DNA of 64,000 nt from Geopsychrobacteraceae bacterium (GTDB lineage: Bacteria; Desulfobacterota; Desulfuromonadia; Desulfuromonadales; Geopsychrobacteraceae): assembly GCA_963676795.2 (NCBI GenBank), contig CAXXTB010000002.1, positions 2,048,001 through 2,112,000 of the forward strand, given 5' to 3'. A program made the position numbers and the translations under genes. This document shows positions 42,237 to 50,130 of the stretch, piece after piece. How positions within the stretch are numbered: position 1 is the first letter of the stretch; each line of letters starts with the position of its first letter. Below the pieces are notes generated by a model. That model saw only the letters and a program-made list of their open reading frames with translations, had not been told where the DNA came from and ran no database searches.

Positions 42237-43754
42237 ATGCAGGAGATTCTACGGCAGATTCTCACCTCGAAAGTTTACGAAGCCGCCATTGAAACCCCTC
42301 TCGAAGAGGCCCCTCAACTTTCGGAGGAGTGGCTCAACCGTATTCTGATCAAGCGGGAAGACCTGCAACCGGTCTTCTCCTTCAAACTGCGCGGAGCCTA
42401 CAACAAGATCGCCCATCTGAGCGATGAGGAAAAGGCCCGTGGCGTCATTGCCGCCTCGGCGGGAAACCACGCTCAGGGTGTCGCATTCTCAGCCCGCAAG
42501 CTCGGCTTGCGGGCCCTCATCGTCATGCCGGCGACCACGCCGAAAATCAAGATCGACGCCGTCCGTTCCTACGGCGCCGAAGTCATCCTGCATGGTGACA
42601 ACTACTCCGAAGCCGCCGAGCGCTGCAGTCAGCTGCAGCAGGGCACCGGCATGACCTATATCCACCCCTTTGATGACAGGTTGGTCATCGCCGGCCAGGG
42701 CACCATCGCCTATGAACTGCTCAGGCAAAGTTCGGGAAAAATAGACGCCGTGTTCGTTCCGATCGGGGGCGGCGGCCTGATCTCCGGCATTGCCGTCTAC
42801 CTCAAGGCCCTGGCTCCGGAGATCAGAATCATCGGTGTCGAACCGCAGGACAGCGATGCCATGTACCAGTCGCTGCAGGCGGGCAAGAGGGTCTGCCTCG
42901 ATTCGGTCGGCATCTTCGCCGACGGCGTAGCAGTGCGCCAGGTCGGCCGAGAAACCTTCGACCTGTGCCGCAAACATGTCGATGAAATCCTGCGCGTATC
43001 GACCGATGAGCTGTGCTGGGCGATCAAGTCGATCTACCAAGCGACCCGCTCGATCGTTGAGCCGGCCGGCGCGCTGGCCATGGCCGGGATGAAGCAGTAC
43101 ATCCGCCGTACCGGCTGCACAGACCGGACCCTGGTCACCATCAATTCCGGCGCCAATATGAATTTTGAGCGCCTGCGTTACGTATCCGAACGCACCCTGA
43201 CCGGAGCCGGTCGCGAATCGCTGTTTGCCGTCACCATTCCGGAGCAACCGGGGTCCTTGCGCTACTTCTGCAACAGCCTGCTCGGCGCACTGAACATCAG
43301 CGAATTCAATTATCGTCTTGCTGACCGCACCAGTGCCCAGATCTTCGTCGGTCTGGCCGCTGACGAGGATATTGACCGCCATGAATTTATCGAACGGTTA
43401 AATTCCGAAGGCTTTCACACCATCGACCTGACCGACAACGAACTGGCCAAAACCCACCTGCGCTACATGGTCGGAGGCCGCTCGCCACAAGCAACCAATG
43501 AGCGTCTGTTCCGCTTCAGGTTCCCGGAACGCCCCAATGCTCTCTCCCAGTTTCTCGCCGATATGGGCGCAGGCTGGAACATCTCCCTCTTCCACTATCG
43601 CAACCAGGGCGGAGAGTTCGGCCGGGTACTGATCGGTCTTGAAATCCCCAAGGGCGAAGAAAGAGATTTCGAACGTTTTCTGGCCAGGGTCGGCTACAAT
43701 TACGACGAAGAAACGGAAGACCCGGCTTACAAACTTTTCCTCAAAGGGGTGTGA
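42237..43754 (+). CDS. ilvA: Biosynthetic threonine ammonia-lyase
   Basis: KREDLQPVFSFKLRGA, SAGNHAQG, GGGGL, two C-terminal regulatory repeats. Confidence 0.95.
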   Translation: MQEILRQILTSKVYEAAIETPLEEAPQLSEEWLNRILIKREDLQPVFSFKLRGAYNKIAHLSDEEKARGVIAASAGNHAQGVAFSARKLGLRALIVMPATTPKIKIDAVRSYGAEVILHGDNYSEAAERCSQLQQGTGMTYIHPFDDRLVIAGQGTIAYELLRQSSGKIDAVFVPIGGGGLISGIAVYLKALAPEIRIIGVEPQDSDAMYQSLQAGKRVCLDSVGIFADGVAVRQVGRETFDLCRKHVDEILRVSTDELCWAIKSIYQATRSIVEPAGALAMAGMKQYIRRTGCTDRTLVTINSGANMNFERLRYVSERTLTGAGRESLFAVTIPEQPGSLRYFCNSLLGALNISEFNYRLADRTSAQIFVGLAADEDIDRHEFIERLNSEGFHTIDLTDNELAKTHLRYMVGGRSPQATNERLFRFRFPERPNALSQFLADMGAGWNISLFHYRNQGGEFGRVLIGLEIPKGEERDFERFLARVGYNYDEETEDPAYKLFLKGV

Positions 43755-43812
43755 CGTTTTCTGACGCATCCCCGTGCCAGACTTCGACGGTTCTAAAGTT
43801 GAGGTTGAAACC

Positions 43813-45123
43813 ATGAAACAGCAACATCAGTCCTTATCTGCACCTGTCTACCACCTGGCACTCAGCCTGGAAGAGAAGCTGTCGCTGCTGGCCGGTGCGG
43901 CCAGGTACGACGCATCCTGCTCGTCAAGCGGCAGTACCCGCCAGGGCGAGGGGGTCGGTGCGGCACACAGAAGCGGAATCTGCCATTCCTGGTCAGCAGA
44001 TGGCCGCTGCATTTCACTGCTCAAGGTTCTCTTCAGCAACGACTGCCTGTTCGACTGTGCCTACTGCGCCAGCCGCCGTTCTAACGACCATCGGCGTGCC
44101 AGCTTCACCCCGGAGGAACTGGCCGGGCTGACCATCGATTTCTATCGCCGCAACTACATCGAAGGATTATTTCTCAGCTCGGCGGTCTGCGCAAGTCCCG
44201 ACAACACCATGGAACTGCTGATCCGTACCCTGCGGCTGCTGCGCTATCAATACCGCTTCCATGGCTATATTCACCTCAAGGTCATCCCGGGCTGCAGCCC
44301 GGAACTGCTCGATCAGGCTGCAGGCCTTGCCGACCGGATGAGCGCCAACGTTGAACTGCCAAGCAGTGAAAGCCTCAGGCTGCTGGCGCCCGAAAAACGC
44401 GAGCACAAGATCCTCCAGGTCTTCGATCAGGCCCAGCACTATGCCCTGCAGCGCCGCGAAGAGAGCAGCAGCGCAGATACCGGCCCGGTGGCTGCAGGCA
44501 TGAGTACCCAGATGATCATCGGCGCAACGGCGGAGAACGATCGCACCATTCTGCAGAAATCGGACGCACTCTACCGGTTGCCGCAGCTCAAACGGGTCTA
44601 TTATTCCGCCTACATTCCGGTCAACAGCGACTCACGACTGCCGACACCAGCAGCGGTCCCTCCCCTGCTGCGCGAACACAGACTTTACCAGGCCGACTGG
44701 CTGCTGCGCTTTTACGCCTTCAGGGTCGATGAAATCCTGCCACCTGATCAGCAGCAGCTCGATCCTGAACTCGACCCGAAAACGGCCTGGGCACTCAGAC
44801 AGCTGGAACAGTTTCCGGTCGACATCAATCGCGCCAGCAAGGAAGAACTGCTGCGCATCCCCGGGGTCGGAGTCCGCTCGGTGAAACGGATACTTGCTGC
44901 GCGGCGTTACCAGCGCCTGCACCTGGAGGATCTGAAGAAACTCGGTGTGGTCATGAAGCGGGCCCGCTATTTCATCCATGATGGCAAGCATGCCGGCTGC
45001 CCCACCCCGCTCCGCGAGGACAGCCTGCGCAGCGCACTCCTCCCGGCAACCAGCCGCCAACTCAGCTTCGACTTCACGCCTGCTCCAGACGACTGTGCAA
45101 CGGCGATCAACGGTGAACTCTGA
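43813..45123 (+). CDS. Putative DNA modification/repair radical SAM protein (TIGR03916-like) with helix-hairpin-helix
   Basis: YDASCSSSG, GICHS...DGRCISLLK, CLFDCAYC, REHRLYQADWLLRFY, LLRIPGVG. Confidence 0.9.
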   Translation: MKQQHQSLSAPVYHLALSLEEKLSLLAGAARYDASCSSSGSTRQGEGVGAAHRSGICHSWSADGRCISLLKVLFSNDCLFDCAYCASRRSNDHRRASFTPEELAGLTIDFYRRNYIEGLFLSSAVCASPDNTMELLIRTLRLLRYQYRFHGYIHLKVIPGCSPELLDQAAGLADRMSANVELPSSESLRLLAPEKREHKILQVFDQAQHYALQRREESSSADTGPVAAGMSTQMIIGATAENDRTILQKSDALYRLPQLKRVYYSAYIPVNSDSRLPTPAAVPPLLREHRLYQADWLLRFYAFRVDEILPPDQQQLDPELDPKTAWALRQLEQFPVDINRASKEELLRIPGVGVRSVKRILAARRYQRLHLEDLKKLGVVMKRARYFIHDGKHAGCPTPLREDSLRSALLPATSRQLSFDFTPAPDDCATAINGEL

Positions 45124-45878
45124 TGAACTTCATTTACGATCACAGTTTCAATGGTTTTCTCTGCCTCCTCGGCAAGATCATCAAAGAGCACCTGGAAATC
45201 AGCTCGATCAGCCGCTGTCACGAGCAGCAGAGCGGTTTCCTCTTTACTGACTCCTGCCTGCTCAGCAGCGACCCGCAGCGGGCCGCAGAGGTTGCCGCAG
45301 GGCTGGAACGCAAACTGGGGAAGAGCTTTCTGCAGAGATTGCTCTGGGCTTTTTTCAGTGACTTTGAAGGGATCGAACAGGACCTGATCGTAATGACCCG
45401 CCACTGCCTGTTGCAGAACCAGGACTACTGGCAGCAGCTGACCGAGCCGCTGGTCCGCCGTGTCGATGCAGCCGCTCTGAAAACCAGCCGCGAACGCCAT
45501 AAGCTGCTCGGACTGCTGCGTTTCAGCAGGTTAGAGGATGACAGCTACGTGGCCTTTGCGACACCCAAAGCCAATATCATCCCGCTGCTAGGAGCACATT
45601 TCTACAAACGGCTGGGCGATCAGAAATGGGTCATTGTCGACAGGAAAAGAAAAACCGCTGTCTACCGGACTGAATCGGGCTGGGAGCTGGCCAGCCAGGT
45701 TGAAATGGCCGATCAGCACGGTTTCCACCCTGACGAACAGGAGGTCGTCAAACTATGGAAAAATTTCTACCGGGAAATCAGCAACCCCGACCGCTTCAAC
45801 CCGAAGTTACGGCAGAACTTCATGCCTAAACGCTACTGGCATGACCTGGTGGAGCTCCAGCCGGACTATCCCCGTTAG
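45123..45878 (+). CDS. DUF4130/TIGR03915-like putative DNA metabolism protein
   Basis: YDHSFNGFL, RERHKLLGLLRF, HF..R..DQ.W.I.D, MPKRYW; overlaps radical SAM stop (TGATG). Confidence 0.88.
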   Translation: MNFIYDHSFNGFLCLLGKIIKEHLEISSISRCHEQQSGFLFTDSCLLSSDPQRAAEVAAGLERKLGKSFLQRLLWAFFSDFEGIEQDLIVMTRHCLLQNQDYWQQLTEPLVRRVDAAALKTSRERHKLLGLLRFSRLEDDSYVAFATPKANIIPLLGAHFYKRLGDQKWVIVDRKRKTAVYRTESGWELASQVEMADQHGFHPDEQEVVKLWKNFYREISNPDRFNPKLRQNFMPKRYWHDLVELQPDYPR

Positions 45879-45988
45879 CCCCCTCCCGCGAAGACGACAT
45901 TGAAAAAGCTGATAAAGAATTCTCTTGCCATCGACAAAAGCAATAGAATATATTTATCCATATATTCACAATGATGGAGATTAAGGCG

Positions 45989-46165
45989 ATGCCAATCTTT
46001 GAATATCAATGCCAAAACTGCGGAGCAAAGACGGAAAAGATCCGGCGCCAGGCAGTCAGTGAAATCCCCTGTGCGTACTGCGGGGGAAAGGCAATCCGCT
46101 GCGTTTCCTCCGTTGCCGCCGGCCAGAGCCGCTGTAGCGCTCCGTCATCAAGCGGTTTTACCTGA
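45989..46165 (+). CDS. FmdB-family zinc-ribbon protein (possible C-terminal Sec extension to 46174)
   Basis: MPIFEYQCQNCG...CAYCG...CSAPSSSGFT-TGA-GGA-TCA-TAA. Confidence 0.85.
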   Translation: MPIFEYQCQNCGAKTEKIRRQAVSEIPCAYCGGKAIRCVSSVAAGQSRCSAPSSSGFT

Positions 46166-46231
46166 GGATCATAACTGGGGTGACGTGATCATTCCAATTG
46201 AAGAACAGCACTAACAAAGGAGTCCCAAGCA

Positions 46232-46513
46232 ATGCTGAAAGTTACCGATGCAGCACGTGACAAGTTAAAGACACTGCTGGCCGACCAGCCGGGCAAGACC
46301 CTGCGCGTCATCTTTGAAGGCTTTGGCTGAGGCGGGCCCAGCCTGGGCCTGACTCTGGATGAGTCACAAACACAGCAAAACCTCTTTACCATCAACGAAA
46401 TCGATCTGCTGATCGATGACAGCGTTCGTCCTTACGTTGATGACAGCGAACTCGATTACATCAAGAATGCCTATGGAGAAGGGTTTTCCATCTCCGGCGC
46501 CAGCAGTTGTTAA
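46232..46513 (+). CDS. HesB/IscA-like selenoprotein (Sec33), 93 aa
   Basis: AAGGAG RBS; MLKVTDAARDKL...LRVIFEGFG-TGA(46328)-GGPSLGLTLDE...GEGFSISGASSC; hairpin TGACTC-TGGAT-GAGTCA at 46350-46366. Confidence 0.9.
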
Positions 46514-46601
46514 CGACGCCTTGCGTAGACACTCTAAACCACTATGCGCTGAAATTATATGGGCTCGCGCAGGACTGAAAGTTCAGAAAAAAACAACACC
46601 T

Positions 46602-46716
46602 CCCCTCTCCCTGAGTACCCAAAGGGCATAAAGGAGAGGGCTAGGGTGAGGGGGGAAACAGAACAAAAAGCCCCCTCATCCACCCCTTCGGGGCACCTTC
46701 TCCCCAATGGAGAAGG
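46602..46716. repeat. Inverted doublet of CCCTCTCC...GGAGAGGG REP-like palindromes
   Basis: Unit A 46602-46655 and unit B 46671-46716 are related and inverted, each with an internal hairpin. Confidence 0.7.
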
Positions 46717-46781
46717 AATCATGCTTTACATCTGTGAAATCAGGATTCAAATCCATATTTTCTACCAGCATGCTGAAACAA

Positions 46782-46817
46782 CAAAAAACGGCCCGGGAAT
46801 TCCCAGGGCCGTTTTTT
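46782..46817. terminator. Bidirectional terminator
   Basis: AAAAAACGGCCC-GGGAATTCCCA-GGGCCGTTTTTT. Confidence 0.8.
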
Positions 46818-46837
46818 GTGATCCTTAAAATTACAGA

Positions 46838-46924
46838 TCAATCAAGCAGGTTCCAACTGCCGAGCATCTTGAGTGCGGCGTAGTAAGACACGGCAATAAG
46901 CGCGATCCAGGCGATAATCAGCAT
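46838..46924 (-). CDS. 28-aa membrane peptide, probable small subunit of cytochrome bd (CydX/CydY-like)
   Basis: GGAGG RBS right after cydB stop; MLIIAWIALIAVSYYAALKMLGSWNLLD; followed by terminator. Confidence 0.75.
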   Translation of the reverse strand: MLIIAWIALIAVSYYAALKMLGSWNLLD

Positions 46925-46935
46925 AAAAACCTCCG

Positions 46936-48062
46936 TTAGTAGCTCTTCTTGTCAGCGGTCAATTCGTCAAGGCTCAGCTTGCTGCTGTCCATCTTGCTCC
47001 AGACCCAGATGATATAGGCCAGAACAAAGGGAACGGCAATGGCGACATAGGACATCATGGTCAGCGTATAATGGCTGCTCGATGCGTTATAGATGGTCAG
47101 ACTGCTGGCAATGTCGGCCTTTGAAGGATAGAACGAGGTTCCGTTGTAGCCCGCGATAAAGAAGACCGCCAGACAGGTCAGCACCGTACCGAAACCAGCC
47201 GCCCAGATCCCCCGCACCGACGCGGTGAAACGGTTCATCACCGCCCCCAGGACAACCAGTACCAGGCCGACCAGCAGCAGGATCAGGTTGAGCGGCATCT
47301 GCAGCAGGTTATGCAGATATTTGTTCGCTTCAAGGGTGACGCTGCCATCCGGAGCGACAGCGTAACCGTCGATGACCAGCAGGCTGATCAGCACATAGAG
47401 CAGGAATGGCAGCAGACAGAGCAGGTTGTTGAACCCGAACGCTTCAGCCGGGCAACAAGAGCACCGTCGTCCAGATTGTTGGCCAGATAGAGCGCCCCCA
47501 GGGTCCGGGCCAGAAAGACCAGGAAAATACCGAAACAGAGGTTGAAGAGGCTGAAGGCCGCCTCAAGCCCACGTAACGGATGCAGCCACTTGACCAGGTT
47601 GTACTCGTTGAGGGTGAAGTTCGAACCGGTAAAGAAGGTTCCGAGCGCGGCACCGACCAGCAGAATACCGATCGAACCGTTGATGAACATGAATATCTCA
47701 AAGGTCTTCTGACCGAGGAAGTTGTTCGGCTTGCGGCGGTATTCGTAGCTGACCGCCTGAATAATGAAGGTGAACAGAATCGCCAGCCAGACCCAGTAGG
47801 CGCCACCGAAGCTGGTTGCGTAGAAAAGCGGAAAGGAGGCGTAGAAAGCGCCGCCAAACAGGACCAGGGTGGTGAAGGTCAGTTCCCATTTGCGGCCGAG
47901 AGAGTTGACCATCAGGGTCTTTTCATCCTCGCTTTTCGCCAGGGTGAGAATCAGCGTCTGGCCGCCCTGAACGAAGGTCAGAAACACGAAAAGCGCGCCA
48001 ACAACAGAGACAATCAGCCACCAGAGCTGCTGCAAAGTCGACCAGTCAAGGCTTCCAATCAT
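46936..48062 (-). pseudogene. cydB: Cytochrome bd oxidase subunit II, split by a one-base frameshift near 47435 (real lesion or sequencing error)
   Basis: N-part (GRKWELTFTTLVLFGGAFYASFP) and C-part (SSLTIYNASSSHYTL) in different frames; one extra base restores ...LKRS-G-FNNLLCLLPFLLYVLISL. Confidence 0.85.
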
Positions 48063-49600
48063 GATTTATCTCCTTCCGGCCCGATAGAAATTTGCTTGGT
48101 CATGATCCTCAGTTCAGCGATCAGCAGAACGGTAAACAGGATGAGGAACAGAAAGAAGGTCACCATAACGGTTCCGGTATCGAGATTCGAACGGGCCACC
48201 GTAACCGGCAACAGATCCTGGATAGCCCAGGGCTGACGGCCGACCTCGGAGACGATCCAGCCGGCCTGCGAAGCAATCCATGACAGGAAGATCGAAGCAA
48301 CGCCGATTCTGAGCAGCCAGGCCTTGTTCTCGAGCTGGCGTTTTTCCATATAGAAGATATAAACCAGGAACAGCAGGATAAACAACATGCCAAGCCCGAC
48401 CATGATCCTGAAGGCGTAGAAGGTCAGCGCGACCGGCGGGACGGCCTGTTCAGGCGACTGCAGATGTCCGTAACCAAGGTACTCAAGATGCTGGTCGAAG
48501 ATCGCCAGGGCCTGATCCGCCGCGGCCTGATCACCACGGCTGGTGGCATCCTTGTAGAGAGCCAGGCTTGAAATAGCGACCTTACCTCTCTGAATCTTCT
48601 CGGCCACCCCCATGATCTGATATTCTTCATTACCGAGTACAAGGTCGTTAATGCCGGGTACGAATCCCTGGAAACTGCGCTTGGCCAGCAGGGTCAGCAT
48701 CCCCGGGATTTCAACTTTGACATGAAAGGCATCCTGATCGTCACCCGGCTGTTTGCCGTTATTGACCAGACCGAAGGCGATCAGCCCGGTCGGGGTCTGG
48801 CCGTCGTAGAGGGCTTCCATGGCCGCCAGTTTCATCGGCTGGGTGCGGGCCGTAATAAAGGCGTGCTCATCGCCGGTAAAGGCAACAAACAGGGAGCTGA
48901 GCAGTCCGAACACGCAGGCCACCGCGATTGAGCGCTTGGCAAACTGAATATGGCGTTTTTTCAGCAGGTACCAGCTGGAGATACCCAGCACAAAAATCGA
49001 CGACAGCAGAAAACCGGAGCTGGTCGCGTGAACGAAATGGCCGATCGCCACCGGCGACGAGATCACCGCCCAGAGGTCCTGCATTTCAAAACGCGCGGTA
49101 TCGGGATTGAAGGCCATGCCGATCGGGTTCTGCATCCAGCCGTTGGCCACCAGAATCCATAATGCGGAAAGATTGGAGCCGATAGCAACCATCCAGGTCG
49201 AAAACAGGTGAAATCCTTTTGACACCCTGTTCCAGCCAAAGAACATGACAGCAAAGAAGGTCGCTTCAAGAAAGAAAGCGAAGATCCCTTCGATCGCCAG
49301 AGGCGCCCCGAAGATATCGCCGACCATCCAGGAGTAGTTGGACCAGTTGGTGCCGAACTCGAACTCGAGGATGATCCCGGTGGCCACACCGATAGCGAAG
49401 TTGATGCCGAACAGGGTCATCCAGAAACGCGTCAACTGCCGCCACTGAGGGTTCCCGGTGCGCACGTAGATGGTTTCGAAAAAAGCACACAAAAATGACA
49501 GCCCCAGTGTCAGCGGAACAAAAATCCAGTGATACATGGCTGTCAGCGCGAAGGTCGCCCTCGCCCAGTTCACCATCGAAATATCGATCTGTTCAATCAC
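48059..49600 (-). CDS. cydA: Cytochrome bd oxidase subunit I (long Q-loop)
   Basis: YHWIFVP, EFEFGTNW, ANGWMQNP, QPMKLAAME, EVGRQPW. Confidence 0.95.
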   Translation of the reverse strand: MIEQIDISMVNWARATFALTAMYHWIFVPLTLGLSFLCAFFETIYVRTGNPQWRQLTRFWMTLFGINFAIGVATGIILEFEFGTNWSNYSWMVGDIFGAPLAIEGIFAFFLEATFFAVMFFGWNRVSKGFHLFSTWMVAIGSNLSALWILVANGWMQNPIGMAFNPDTARFEMQDLWAVISSPVAIGHFVHATSSGFLLSSIFVLGISSWYLLKKRHIQFAKRSIAVACVFGLLSSLFVAFTGDEHAFITARTQPMKLAAMEALYDGQTPTGLIAFGLVNNGKQPGDDQDAFHVKVEIPGMLTLLAKRSFQGFVPGINDLVLGNEEYQIMGVAEKIQRGKVAISSLALYKDATSRGDQAAADQALAIFDQHLEYLGYGHLQSPEQAVPPVALTFYAFRIMVGLGMLFILLFLVYIFYMEKRQLENKAWLLRIGVASIFLSWIASQAGWIVSEVGRQPWAIQDLLPVTVARSNLDTGTVMVTFFLFLILFTVLLIAELRIMTKQISIGPEGDKS

Positions 49601-49673
49601 ACTTGTCCTCCTATCCTCATGGTCTGTGTTATGCCCCTTAACGCTAAGGGGTGGCAGAGATAACCACGTTTAC

Positions 49674-49886
49674 CTACTGGCCGGCCTGCTGTGTCAGATT
49701 GCTTAAGACATGGTCCGCCCGTTCGGCGTCAGTCTGAAAATTAGATGCGAGAAAATCGGGAAAGAAAAAAAACTTGAGAATTGCGAACATGATAAAAACC
49801 TTGATGAAAATGATTTTCCACAAGGTCCGCCCGACGACCATGGAACGGAAGCCGTCGTAATACAGGTGAAAGATTCGACTGAGCAT
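49674..49886 (-). CDS. DUF4492-like small membrane protein upstream of cydA
   Basis: IFHLYYDGFRSM..GRTLWKII.IK.FIMFAILKFFFFP. Confidence 0.8.
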   Translation of the reverse strand: MLSRIFHLYYDGFRSMVVGRTLWKIIFIKVFIMFAILKFFFFPDFLASNFQTDAERADHVLSNLTQQAGQ

Positions 49887-50130
49887 TAATTTCACCTCCC
49901 AAAGACAACATCAGCGCAAAAATAACAATTCTGGTTATCTTTACCGCTGAATCTTTTATGAGTCAAGAAGAATTATAACAGCAACAGTCATCATTACAAT
50001 TCAACTAAGTTTATATTTTTGTTGATCATTTTCAAAAAGATTCACCAGTACATTCTTGACCTGTCCGCTACCATCGGAGACTCTGGCTGAATTTTGCGGA
50101 TTTACTAGACCTCGGCCCCAAGAGAATGTC

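Noticed and set aside
43755..43812. LexA box upstream of the radical SAM gene
   Set aside because: GGTT...ACC fragments do not fit a spacing I can support
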